From the NCBI GenBank assembly GCA_018061075.1, contig JAGOUW010000004.1:9192-73191 (forward strand): DNA of 64,000 bases. The letters are read 5' to 3'. Both the position numbers and the translations under genes were made by a program. Below, in pieces: positions 1 to 8,752 of this stretch. Within the stretch, counting starts at the first letter, position 1, and every line of letters starts with the position of its first letter. Origin of the DNA: Candidatus Levyibacteriota bacterium (GTDB lineage: Bacteria; Patescibacteriota; Microgenomatia; Levybacterales; UBA12049). The notes below the pieces were generated by a model. It made no database searches. It saw only the letters and a list, made by a program, of their open reading frames with translations, and was not told the DNA's origin.

Positions 1-141
1 TAGTCTGTATTTCTCTTTCTGTCCAGGAATATTCCCGCTATCTGCACCTACTTGCCAAAGACCATCTCTTAATCCAGATAGATCTGCTCCTTTTAGTAGC
101 TGCTCCAAGCTTAAGGGTTGATCCTCAGGGCCATGCGTCAT
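1..141 (-). CDS. hypothetical protein, N-terminal fragment running off the window start
   Basis: Open - strand frame from ATG (141-139) to base 1 (MTHGPEDQPLSLEQLLKGADLSGLRDG...). TTGACA-N16-TATAAT ends 7 nt before the ATG. Absent from ORF track because truncated. Confidence 0.45.
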   Translation of the reverse strand, partial: MTHGPEDQPLSLEQLLKGADLSGLRDGLWQVGADSGNIPGQKEKYRL

Positions 142-148
142 ATTGCGG

Positions 149-176
149 ATTATATTCTCTTTTACTTAAGTGTCAA
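149..176 (-). promoter_or_regulatory. promoter, TTGACA-N16-TATAAT, 7 nt from ATG at 141
   Basis: -35 at 176-171 and -10 at 154-149, read on the - strand. Confidence 0.6.
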
Positions 177-188
177 GGCAAATTTTAT

Positions 189-217
189 TTGACAGGAAAA
201 GCTTAAAGTAGTATAAA
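189..217 (+). promoter_or_regulatory. promoter, TTGACA-N17-TATAAA, 8 nt from ATG at 226
   Basis: -35 at 189-194, -10 at 212-217. No SD. Confidence 0.6.
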
Positions 218-225
218 AGTCCACT

Positions 226-849
226 ATGGTAGACCAAGAACCCAGAAGAGGAAAAAAAGAAAAAGATCCAGTGGATTGGAAGGCTGTGGATGATGCTATA
301 GTATTAAAACTCGCAGAGCCAGATCCCGAGGAACCTAAAAGAAGAAGATACGACGCTATTGATGCATCTATGGCAGAGGCTGTAATAAGTGGAATTGATT
401 TAACAGGGCTTTCAGAAAAACAAGTTGCTCATTTGCGAAATCAAATGACTAAAAGAATTCTCGATGTAAAATTAGTTACACTCGCAAGAATTGACAACTA
501 TCCTTTTCTGTCACCAGTTGAGCGAAGTAGAATGGATGAATTCCTTTCGACTCTTCGCGGATTAAATCCAACCATGACTTTTAGATCCCCTAGCGACTAT
601 GCCACACTGTTCACTCAGCAATTAGTCCGTCCTGAACCAGAAGCTGTTACCCAAACTTATCAAGATCCCACTGCTCCGCCTCCGTTTGATCCTGATAGAC
701 CTATTACTCCTGGGAATTTTTTAGATCATGTTACTGGCCCAGTTCAACCAAGATTTGGAAGTGTCACAAGAACCTTACGGATTAAAGATTTTTCTGCGCC
801 TATCGCAAGTAATGATGTATTTGGCCAAAGAAGAGGCTACAGGGGTTAA
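226..849 (+). CDS. hypothetical protein (G+C-rich orphan, 207 aa)
   Basis: Long ORF, visibly higher G+C than background. No TM segment, signal peptide or motif I recognise. TTGACA-N17-TATAAA-N8-ATG directly upstream. Confidence 0.6.
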   Translation: MVDQEPRRGKKEKDPVDWKAVDDAIVLKLAEPDPEEPKRRRYDAIDASMAEAVISGIDLTGLSEKQVAHLRNQMTKRILDVKLVTLARIDNYPFLSPVERSRMDEFLSTLRGLNPTMTFRSPSDYATLFTQQLVRPEPEAVTQTYQDPTAPPPFDPDRPITPGNFLDHVTGPVQPRFGSVTRTLRIKDFSAPIASNDVFGQRRGYRG

Positions 850-850
850 A

Positions 851-1648
851 TTAAATTTCTGGAGCTGGCTTTTCAGGCTTAGAAAAAGTAAGCACTGTCC
901 CAATTCCTATATTACTATCCCAATCATAAACTCTTAGTCCTGACTCCCATGCCAGTCGATTAACTAAAGACATTCTTCTGCCAGCCTCAAATGGACAATC
1001 AAATAAAACAGCTTCTCCGCCAGGCTTCATAACTCTTACTATTTCTCTAAAAGCTGCAGTAAAATCATCAGCCTCTAGGTACTGAAGTAGTCTTGATGAG
1101 TAAACAATGTCCTGCGAATCGTCAGGAAGTGGGATATCTCTTGCATCAGCAAGAATGGGCGTAACGTTCCCTGGCCTACTACCCCACCCCTGAACTGCAT
1201 TTTGTAAAAAAATGTCTACATTTGTAATTGCTATACTTGGGTCTCCTGCGCCAATACCAATTGCACAAAGAGACTCATAACCTCCTCCTACCTCAAGAAC
1301 TGAAATAGCTGAATCTGCGGATTCAGTTTTATCTCTTAAAGCATGAGATAAAAATCCATTTAGAGAGTAATCTGTTTCATCAAGGTATCTATTCATGAGG
1401 AGAATAATTTCATTACTTGGAGGAATCAATCCGGTTGGCTTACCATTTCCATTAACATTAATTTTTAAGTGAGAAAAATCCGGATGCAGACTATATCCTT
1501 GGGGCACGTCTGGATTAGGAGTATGTTCCCCTACGCTTCTCGCCACAACCATATTTGATCCTTCTTCTACTTGAGCTAAAGGAACTAATATGCGCTGTTT
1601 CGGACTTCCACCATCTTGACCACGTCCATCAAATACTTCAGAAACCAT
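851..1648 (-). CDS. class I SAM-dependent methyltransferase with ~110-aa N-terminal extension
   Basis: Motif I-like VLEVGGGYE, later ADARDIPLPDDSQDIVYSS and VMKPGGEAVLFD typical of Methyltransf_11/25-type enzymes. TTGACC-N17-TATAAT-N8-ATG upstream. Confidence 0.7.
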   Translation of the reverse strand: MVSEVFDGRGQDGGSPKQRILVPLAQVEEGSNMVVARSVGEHTPNPDVPQGYSLHPDFSHLKINVNGNGKPTGLIPPSNEIILLMNRYLDETDYSLNGFLSHALRDKTESADSAISVLEVGGGYESLCAIGIGAGDPSIAITNVDIFLQNAVQGWGSRPGNVTPILADARDIPLPDDSQDIVYSSRLLQYLEADDFTAAFREIVRVMKPGGEAVLFDCPFEAGRRMSLVNRLAWESGLRVYDWDSNIGIGTVLTFSKPEKPAPEI

Positions 1649-1656
1649 AAGCGTAA

Positions 1657-1685
1657 ATTATACAATTACTATAAGACTGGGTCAA
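1657..1685 (-). promoter_or_regulatory. promoter, TTGACC-N17-TATAAT, 8 nt from ATG at 1648
   Basis: -35 at 1685-1680, -10 at 1662-1657. Confidence 0.6.
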
Positions 1686-1692
1686 TCATTGA

Positions 1693-2244
1693 TTAGATGC
1701 CCATGAGGTACTGAATAGTTTCGGCGGTTCTAGGAGCTAGTGCTCCTGGAATACTGTCTCTATCAAGACGCGATACATTAGGATGTAGCGCAATTGCAGC
1801 TTCATGCATTCTAAGCGCAGAAGAAAGACCAAACCATCCAATTCTATCGTGCTCATCTGGCGCTGCATTAAATGGCGTTAGATTTCTTGCATCTAAAATA
1901 TATGAATGGAGATTAATTTCCCGACTTACTATTCTTCCACTTACAATCCTAGACAAGACTGAAAGACTTTCCCTGAAAGGAAATAGTTGATTTCTTTCTA
2001 CTACAATTCCTAATTCTTCCATAGCCTCTCTTCTAGCTGTATCAACTAAATCTGCGTCAGCTGGATCTTTTCTTCCACCAAAAAAAGCCCACTGCTCTGA
2101 AAATGAGGATGTATTTCTATGTCCCAGTAAAACTTCCATTTCCCCTTCCCCCTCTTGATCTGGTCTAAGTAAAATTACTTGTGCTGCGGAAATATAAATT
2201 CTTTTTATATCTGGTTCAACTAATGACTCTAATCCTTCAATCAT
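1693..2244 (-). CDS. NUDIX hydrolase
   Basis: Nudix-box variant GGRKDPADADLVDTARREAMEELGI. TTGACT-N16-GATAAT-N8-ATG upstream. Confidence 0.8.
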   Translation of the reverse strand: MIEGLESLVEPDIKRIYISAAQVILLRPDQEGEGEMEVLLGHRNTSSFSEQWAFFGGRKDPADADLVDTARREAMEELGIVVERNQLFPFRESLSVLSRIVSGRIVSREINLHSYILDARNLTPFNAAPDEHDRIGWFGLSSALRMHEAAIALHPNVSRLDRDSIPGALAPRTAETIQYLMGI

Positions 2245-2252
2245 AAGGGGCT

Positions 2253-2280
2253 ATTATCCCAGCTTTTCAAGAAGAGTCAA
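2253..2280 (-). promoter_or_regulatory. promoter, TTGACT-N16-GATAAT, 8 nt from ATG at 2244
   Basis: -35 at 2280-2275, -10 at 2258-2253. Confidence 0.55.
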
Positions 2281-2288
2281 GGATATTT

Positions 2289-2459
2289 CTAGAGGCTTAG
2301 CATTTTCATTACTTCGTAAACGAAAACTCCTGGCCAAAATAGAGCTTTTATTAGACCCCAGATAGTCTCCTGAAATCCCGAAGTTACCTGAATATAATAA
2401 ATCGCGGCTCCAATTATTCCCGTACAATAAATAGCACTTAATCCTGCATTATCTTTCAT
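2289..2459 (-). CDS. small membrane protein (56 aa), below ORF-track cutoff
   Basis: ATG preceded by AAAGGAGGTG SD. Product MKDNAGLSAIYCTGIIGAAIYYIQVTSGFQETIWGLIKALFWPGVFVYEVMKMLSL has two hydrophobic segments. Lies 23 nt downstream of the preceding - strand gene. Confidence 0.45.
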   Translation of the reverse strand: MKDNAGLSAIYCTGIIGAAIYYIQVTSGFQETIWGLIKALFWPGVFVYEVMKMLSL

Positions 2460-2482
2460 TTCTTTCACCTCCTTTATTTTTA

Positions 2483-2974
2483 CTATCCTAAACTTAGGTT
2501 AACATATGTCATATTTCCTGGATCCCTAGAAGACTTAACTTTACGTCTATCATCTACTCTTTCTGTACTTAAAATTATTCTTGCTGGATCATCCCCATCA
2601 CTTGATAGAATTCTATAAACTGGTGTCTCGTGAATTGTTCTAATATTTCCACTACTCATTAAAAAAATTTCTCCAGCAACAAATTCAGATAAACCTTCTA
2701 GATGCGGTCCTGGAGCAGAATTGTTTGCAACTATAAGATCAACCCCTTTACCCTCGATTTGTCCATTTACAAATCTATCTACAACCTGACCAATTAAAGA
2801 TACTTGCGCACCATTAAAAACCACCCTGGTCTTGTCATTTATTTCTGGAATTACTGGAAGAAGCGAGATAACAGCATCTCTCTGAGAGAGAGTAAGTAGT
2901 CTTGCCATTTTCTGATATTTAGCCAATTCAGCTTGTCTATCTAAATAACCCAAATATGCTTCGATAACAGCCAT
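2483..2974 (-). CDS. hypothetical protein (163 aa, start re-called)
   Basis: ORF track starts at a TTG (3028). The internal ATG at 2974 is preceded by TTGACT-N17-TATTTT-N7, matching the window-wide leaderless geometry. No recognisable motif. Confidence 0.55.
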   Translation of the reverse strand: MAVIEAYLGYLDRQAELAKYQKMARLLTLSQRDAVISLLPVIPEINDKTRVVFNGAQVSLIGQVVDRFVNGQIEGKGVDLIVANNSAPGPHLEGLSEFVAGEIFLMSSGNIRTIHETPVYRILSSDGDDPARIILSTERVDDRRKVKSSRDPGNMTYVNLSLG

Positions 2975-2981
2975 CAAACTC

Positions 2982-3010
2982 AAAATACTCCTAAATTTAG
3001 CAGCAGTCAA
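2982..3010 (-). promoter_or_regulatory. promoter, TTGACT-N17-TATTTT, 7 nt from ATG at 2974
   Basis: -35 at 3010-3005, -10 at 2987-2982. Back-to-back with the GT2 promoter. Confidence 0.5.
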
Positions 3011-3021
3011 TATAATTTTTC

Positions 3022-3050
3022 TTGACAAGACTAAATCCTCCCTTTAGAAT
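3022..3050 (+). promoter_or_regulatory. promoter, TTGACA-N17-TAGAAT, ~22 nt from ATG at 3073
   Basis: -35 at 3022-3027, -10 at 3045-3050. Confidence 0.5.
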
Positions 3051-3072
3051 CTCAATACTCTGCCTCAAAAAA

Positions 3073-4329
3073 ATGAAGCCAATTACACCTTTTGGTCTAC
3101 CAGTTGGAATTAGTATTGCCTTCTGGACATTTATAGGACTTGTTAGATTTGTTTCCGAAAATGTCAGAGGAGAAGAAAAAGTAAAACCAAAAAAAAATAG
3201 ATTTAGTGTAAAAGACATTGCAGTCGTAATTCCCGCACATAATGAATCTCTCGTAATTAGAGGGTGCATAAAAGCTGTTGGAAAATCTGTACCAGCCAGA
3301 CAAATTTATGTAGTTTCCGATGGATCAACAGACAACACTAAAGATCAAGCAAAAAAAGAAGGAGCGAATGTCTCACAACTAAACCCCGGTCTTGGGAAAG
3401 CAAAAGCTCTTAAGCATCTTTTTGTTAAATATAATCTTTTAAAAAGATATAAATTAATTTTCATAGTTGACGCTGATACGAAAATGGATGAGGATTGCCT
3501 AAAATACGCTCTCCCACTTTTCAACGATAAGGACATAAAAGTAGTTTTCGCTAGTTCGCAGATTAAATGGCCAAAACATTTCCGACCAAAAAGATCATAT
3601 TATTTTATGTCATATCGTGATCGATTAAATCGATTACTTTCTTATTGTTTTGTATATGGTCAAACTTGGAAATACACAAACGTTAATTATGTTATTCCGG
3701 GTTTTGCAACAATTTATCGATCGGATACATTAAAAAAACTTGAAATAGATACACCCGGACTTTTAATTGAGGATTTCAATCTTGCTTTTCAATTTCATAA
3801 AAAGGGGTTAGGAAAAATCGGCTATGAACCAAGAATGATTGGCTGGGATCAATATCCTCAAACATTTACTGACTATTGGAAACAAGTAAGGCGCTGGAAT
3901 ATAGGATTTTTTCAGACAGTTAAGAAGAATGGGATCTGGCCTAGTTTTTTCTGGTTAGCTCTTGGGATATTTTCTTTTGAGATATTACTACACTCGATAT
4001 TTTTATTAATTCTTCCGCTCATTTTATTATCAACTTTTTCTAATTTTTTCAGCATTGGACCAATTCAGCCAATTATCGGTTTTTATGAATCGCTGCCATT
4101 TTATGAAAGCTATACACTTTCAGATCTTTTTATAAGCATATTCTTAATAGACTATATATTAACTGTAGTCGTGGGTCTTTGGCTTAGAAAACCACAATTT
4201 ATTTTTTATGGATTCTTTTTTATCTTTATGCACTATGCCACCTCCTTGGCACTTCTTTCTTCAATATATCCAGGATTTTTTGGAAAATCTGAAGGAAAAT
4301 GGAAATCCCCAGAAAGACAGAAAAACTAA
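3073..4329 (+). CDS. family 2 glycosyltransferase, processive beta-glycan synthase type, with C-terminal multi-TM region
   Basis: VVIPAHNES, VVSDGSTDNT, IVDADT (DxD), IEDFN and QVRRWNIG (QxxRW) motifs. N-terminal TM plus C-terminal hydrophobic block. ATG at 3073 preferred over TTG at 3022. Confidence 0.8.
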   Translation: MKPITPFGLPVGISIAFWTFIGLVRFVSENVRGEEKVKPKKNRFSVKDIAVVIPAHNESLVIRGCIKAVGKSVPARQIYVVSDGSTDNTKDQAKKEGANVSQLNPGLGKAKALKHLFVKYNLLKRYKLIFIVDADTKMDEDCLKYALPLFNDKDIKVVFASSQIKWPKHFRPKRSYYFMSYRDRLNRLLSYCFVYGQTWKYTNVNYVIPGFATIYRSDTLKKLEIDTPGLLIEDFNLAFQFHKKGLGKIGYEPRMIGWDQYPQTFTDYWKQVRRWNIGFFQTVKKNGIWPSFFWLALGIFSFEILLHSIFLLILPLILLSTFSNFFSIGPIQPIIGFYESLPFYESYTLSDLFISIFLIDYILTVVVGLWLRKPQFIFYGFFFIFMHYATSLALLSSIYPGFFGKSEGKWKSPERQKN

Positions 4330-5450
4330 TTATAGCTTTCGTCTAACATGCGCCAAACAGATTGGTCTTCCCCACCAAGTCTCCAAAACGTCACCCCCGC
4401 AAACCCCGCTCTATATGCAAGATCAGCTTTTTCTTTTACGCTTTGGCTATTCTCAAACCAGACCTCATGAGAGTCGTAACGAAACATTGGAGATTTTTGA
4501 ATCTGGTCGAATTCCAGTGTCGCGTTTTCTTTTACCAATAAGCTTTGGGCTTCTTCAAAGGTTAAACCTTTCGCGCTTTCATTAGAATTCGTATTCCAAT
4601 CATATCCATAAAGAGGAATTCCTAGAAAAACTTTCTCGGGATCAATTCCTAAACTTAAAGTATAATCGACAATTTTTTCTACCCAGCCAATCCCTGCAAT
4701 CGGACCCGCGGCATCTTCATCCGAATGCTGGCTATATCCCATTATTTGAATTTGGTCGGCATACTGGGCTAACTGAGACCAATCCTGATATTTACTGATT
4801 GATTCTCCTCTTACATTTTCTCCAGTTTTAGGATGAAGAACTACTGTAAGAATTTTATTTTGCTTTTTCATTTCAAGAGATAATTCCTTTATAAGGATAT
4901 TGTAATTATTTCGAGTAGATTGCCTAAGTAATTCATAATCAATAATTATTCCGTCGAAATTTTTTTCATTTAATTTATTAATTATTTGATTAATGTGATT
5001 TTTTCTATTCACTGAAGAGTTAATAACATTTTCTACTCTGCTTGAATCCCATCTGTCCGGATTTTCGCCTAAATTAGTAATTACAGCACTTACCTTTACA
5101 TTGTTTTCATGAGCATATCCAATCAATTCTTCATCTTCATTTGCGTATTCATATTTTTGAATTGACCCATCACTATTAAGGTAATACCAAAACACATTTA
5201 TATAATCAAAGGATTCTTTATTGTCCTTAAAAGAACTGACTGCATTTTTCTGTTCCCAATAAGGAATTGAGCCTTTTACTAAAAGCTCTTTTTTCTCATC
5301 TCGAGCGATAGAATTTTGGCTAATCATTTTCGTAGAATTATTTTCTTTGGTGTTTAAAATAATTACGACACCAATTCCTCCAATCAAGAAAATTAAAAGA
5401 ACAGAAATTAGAATTAAATGCTTTTCAAATTTGAAAAGAGATTTCATCAC
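4326..5450 (-). CDS. membrane-anchored glycoside hydrolase family 18 (chitinase-like)
   Basis: N-terminal TM helix. GH18 catalytic-region motif FDGIIIDYE (DxE retained, middle Asp replaced by Ile). TIM-barrel-like YGYDW near C-terminus. Confidence 0.7.
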   Translation of the reverse strand: MMKSLFKFEKHLILISVLLIFLIGGIGVVIILNTKENNSTKMISQNSIARDEKKELLVKGSIPYWEQKNAVSSFKDNKESFDYINVFWYYLNSDGSIQKYEYANEDEELIGYAHENNVKVSAVITNLGENPDRWDSSRVENVINSSVNRKNHINQIINKLNEKNFDGIIIDYELLRQSTRNNYNILIKELSLEMKKQNKILTVVLHPKTGENVRGESISKYQDWSQLAQYADQIQIMGYSQHSDEDAAGPIAGIGWVEKIVDYTLSLGIDPEKVFLGIPLYGYDWNTNSNESAKGLTFEEAQSLLVKENATLEFDQIQKSPMFRYDSHEVWFENSQSVKEKADLAYRAGFAGVTFWRLGGEDQSVWRMLDESYN

Positions 5451-6283
5451 GAAATTAAAATTTTGCGTGCCTCATTACCGGGCACATTAAACAGGAGATC
5501 TAATATAGACAGGTTCGCTATAAAACCATGCTGCCTATTAAACAACTGTGGATATTCCTTACACTTCCAGTCCTGAACTTTAATAGTGATTCCGTTTTTT
5601 TCAAATAGCGAATGGTCTACATATGCTGAAACTGCAGTTCCACCACAAAAATCCTCATTTGCACCAAATTCTTTACACAGTGCAACTATTTTTTCATTTG
5701 TTTTAAGTGATTGATTCTTAAGACTTTCACTTTCTGAAGATCTTTTAACTTCTTTAAGTCTTATAATTTTATCCTTAGATAATAATTCAACCACTTTATC
5801 AATATTTAATATGTCTTTATCAAACTTTTTTACTCCCATAACTTTTGTTAGTCCCCATAAAGTAGTAGCGATATTTAAATCCGCCAGATTTCTATATCTA
5901 ATTTTAAGTAAGCTTTCAAGTTCTGGAAAAATCTCATCAAACCGTGATGCTTTTGAGTATGCGAGTTTAAAAGTCTTCAAATGATCTTCAACCCATTCAG
6001 AACTATCTTCAATCTTCGTTGAAACTATTGGCATAAAGCCTTCATGATGTACTGGAATAGATAATAAAAATCTCCCGAATGACTGTTTTACTGGAGAGTG
6101 AGCTTGATAAGATTTATCAACCCCTCCATCAGGATATTTGTGTTTTCTCACAAATTGAGCTTCATCTCTTATTGCAAAAACGTCAGTATTTAAAATTCTT
6201 GCAAAATAATGAAGTCTTGGAAAGTACTGGGGCTGAATACCGGAGTACCTCTTCGTTTTTGTTGTCTTTCCGGCCTTTGTCAT
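5447..6283 (-). CDS. WbqC-like family protein
   Basis: N-terminal IQPQYFPRLHYFARI signature typical of WbqC-like proteins. 4-nt overlap with the downstream GH18 gene. Confidence 0.6.
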   Translation of the reverse strand: MTKAGKTTKTKRYSGIQPQYFPRLHYFARILNTDVFAIRDEAQFVRKHKYPDGGVDKSYQAHSPVKQSFGRFLLSIPVHHEGFMPIVSTKIEDSSEWVEDHLKTFKLAYSKASRFDEIFPELESLLKIRYRNLADLNIATTLWGLTKVMGVKKFDKDILNIDKVVELLSKDKIIRLKEVKRSSESESLKNQSLKTNEKIVALCKEFGANEDFCGGTAVSAYVDHSLFEKNGITIKVQDWKCKEYPQLFNRQHGFIANLSILDLLFNVPGNEARKILIS

Positions 6284-6293
6284 TTGTCTATCT

Positions 6294-6323
6294 TTTATAT
6301 CTTTATTAAGGACTTGGTGTCAA
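6294..6323 (-). promoter_or_regulatory. promoter, TTGACA-N18-TATAAA, 10 nt from the WbqC-like ATG
   Basis: -35 at 6323-6318, -10 at 6299-6294. Confidence 0.45.
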
Positions 6324-6352
6324 TATAATTTAATGGATCAAAGTGGACTATT

Positions 6353-7858
6353 TTAAAACCCTGGAAAATAATCAGTTACGATTTTATGAGGCTTAATTCC
6401 AAGCTTACTTAGTAATTTTTTATATGATTCAACCATACTAACTGGACCGGAAAGATAATATGTTCTTTTCGTAAATTCTGGTACTTCTTTTTTTATTATT
6501 TCCGAATTTAATCTACCACTATATCCATTCCAGTTTTCAAAATTTTTTGAAAGCACCGGAACCAACCGCAACCCAAATTCTTGAGCATTTTTAAAGATAT
6601 CTTTATAGATAAAGCTTTCAGGCTCCGAATTTGAAAAGAATAAAACAATATCTCTTTTTTCTTCTTTATCTACCATATATTTTGCCATACTTCTAAACGG
6701 AGTTATTCCAATTCCCCCAGCAATGAAAACCAATTTTTCATTTTTATTTTCTGGAAGAGTAAAATCACCGGAAAGACTTCCTGCGTAAATTTTTTGTCCA
6801 GGAGTTAAACTTAAAAGTGATTTTTTAAAACTGCTCCCTTTTAGATTCTCCACTCTTACACCAAGTTTTAAATTTTCTTCTGTTGGACTGGAAGCAATTG
6901 TAAAATAACGCCTTACTCCCCTAAAATCAGGCCGGTGATGCCCTAATGTCCACTCAAAATATTGACCTGGTAAAAAATTAAAAGATTTAGATTTTTTAAA
7001 TACAAATTCATAAATATTTGGAGAGAGTTTTATTTTTTCAGAAAATTCTAAAACTAATCTTTTCTTAAAGCTAACAAAATAAGCAAAGATGTTTCCTAAG
7101 ATTAATGCTGTTTCAGAAGTCATAAAGAATGGGCCAATATTCAACTGAACTCCTGTTAGAAAACCCACCAATGCCCCATAAATAATCTGAAGACGTCTTT
7201 TCGGTGGCATAGTTATTGGCTCTGTTAGCATTATCGTTCCTAGAAAAAGAAGAGGCCACGAAGGAATTGCCTGACTTAAAATATTTATAACTTCTGATCC
7301 ATTTAAGAAAGCAAAAAGAGAAATTGAAATAACTGCAAAGATAAAATATGAGATGAAAAGAGTAAATTTTCTAACTTTTCTAACTATTAAAATTCCAACC
7401 AGTAAAACAAATGGGAATAGAAAAGTATTTCCAATCCACCATTCTCCTTCATAGGCACCAAACAAACCCATCACAACGAGGGCAAAAGCTGCAGGGTTAA
7501 AAATATGCTTCTTATTGATTGCTAAAACATATTTTGATCCCATTGCAATCGTTGCAAACAAAATATGATTTAATGGAGAATTTCCCAGCTCATAAGGAGT
7601 GAGGATTAAGAATAGAATTAACCCCGTAATCGCGAAAGACTCAACATTCACCTGAACCTTAAAAATTTTCGCATATATAAAATTTGATATAAAACAGGAG
7701 GCAAGAATTAGAACCAAACTTATAACTAGGTTAATTGTCGGAAAAGGAACAATTCCAATTCCTGAAAAGAAAATGGAAATACAAGACAAAAAAATTAATC
7801 CATAGAGAACAACTCTATATGTGGTAAAACTATTTAGAAACGAATCAATTGTTCTCAC
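6353..7858 (-). CDS. RnfD/NqrB-like membrane domain fused to ferredoxin-NADP reductase-like FAD/NAD(P)H domain
   Basis: N-terminal half is polytopic, with KHIFNPAAFALVV and IMLTEPITMPP resembling RnfD/NqrB motifs. C-terminal half has RRYFTIASSP (RxYS/T FAD site) and FIAGGIGITPFRSM (NAD(P)H site). Confidence 0.7.
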   Translation of the reverse strand: MRTIDSFLNSFTTYRVVLYGLIFLSCISIFFSGIGIVPFPTINLVISLVLILASCFISNFIYAKIFKVQVNVESFAITGLILFLILTPYELGNSPLNHILFATIAMGSKYVLAINKKHIFNPAAFALVVMGLFGAYEGEWWIGNTFLFPFVLLVGILIVRKVRKFTLFISYFIFAVISISLFAFLNGSEVINILSQAIPSWPLLFLGTIMLTEPITMPPKRRLQIIYGALVGFLTGVQLNIGPFFMTSETALILGNIFAYFVSFKKRLVLEFSEKIKLSPNIYEFVFKKSKSFNFLPGQYFEWTLGHHRPDFRGVRRYFTIASSPTEENLKLGVRVENLKGSSFKKSLLSLTPGQKIYAGSLSGDFTLPENKNEKLVFIAGGIGITPFRSMAKYMVDKEEKRDIVLFFSNSEPESFIYKDIFKNAQEFGLRLVPVLSKNFENWNGYSGRLNSEIIKKEVPEFTKRTYYLSGPVSMVESYKKLLSKLGIKPHKIVTDYFPGF

Positions 7859-7862
7859 AGTA

Positions 7863-8750
7863 TTATTGTACTAAATTTTCTTTTTGAATAAATAGTTCTG
7901 CTGGAAAATTCTTAGATTTTTTAAATGAGTAATCTGGATATAAAATTAAGTATTCAAAATCAAAGTACTTCAAAAGTTTTTCAGGAGAAGCAAAGAACAA
8001 ACATGTTGCTAATCCGTCTGCAGTAACTGCATCCCTAGAAACAACCCATGTTGCCAAAATTTTATCTGGAGATTTTAAAGAATTTGCATCAATTATATGA
8101 TGAAATCTATCCCATGCTCTCCTGTTTCCAGAAGAAGCTGCAATACTTTGATTTTTTATTTTTGCGATCCCTATGACCTGTTTAAAATTTCCTGGATGTT
8201 CAAGGCCTACTGATAATGTTTTTTCGTCATTTTTATAATAAATATCTCCCCCACCATCAATCGTAAAAGTATTTATATTATTTTCAAGTAAAAGTTTTGC
8301 AATGATATCAATTAAGTATCCTTTTCCAAGGCCTCCAAAATCAAGAACAAATGGTTTTGTAATAGTTAATACTGGAAATTTAAATGAATAAATTTCAGAA
8401 GATTTAGGTAGTTTATTTATTTCTCCAGGCGCTAATTTATATTCCGAATCGTATCCCGCCTCGACTAAAGTATTTCCGATAAGAAGTGTGAATGCACTAT
8501 TTGTAATAAGTTCAAGTTTTTCGTAAAGAGAAAATAATTCTTTTGAGTCATGGGGAAATTTATATTCGCCTTTTTTTTCAGAAATTTTCCATACAATTGA
8601 ATCTTTTCGAAAACGGGAATATGTTTTATCAAACTCTTCAATTCTATCTGAAATAATTTTCAGGATTTCTTCCCGTGTTTTGGACGAATTAAAACAATCG
8701 ATCACCCATCGGGTTCCGATTGCTTCAAACGCCAGCTGAAAAGAATTCAT
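7863..8750 (-). CDS. apbE: FAD:protein FMN transferase (ApbE family)
   Basis: ApbE-like motifs FGGLGKGYLID and AASSGNRRAW..HHIID. Sits between the FMN-binding protein and the RnfD-FNR fusion. Confidence 0.85.
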   Translation of the reverse strand: MNSFQLAFEAIGTRWVIDCFNSSKTREEILKIISDRIEEFDKTYSRFRKDSIVWKISEKKGEYKFPHDSKELFSLYEKLELITNSAFTLLIGNTLVEAGYDSEYKLAPGEINKLPKSSEIYSFKFPVLTITKPFVLDFGGLGKGYLIDIIAKLLLENNINTFTIDGGGDIYYKNDEKTLSVGLEHPGNFKQVIGIAKIKNQSIAASSGNRRAWDRFHHIIDANSLKSPDKILATWVVSRDAVTADGLATCLFFASPEKLLKYFDFEYLILYPDYSFKKSKNFPAELFIQKENLVQ

Positions 8751-8752
8751 AA

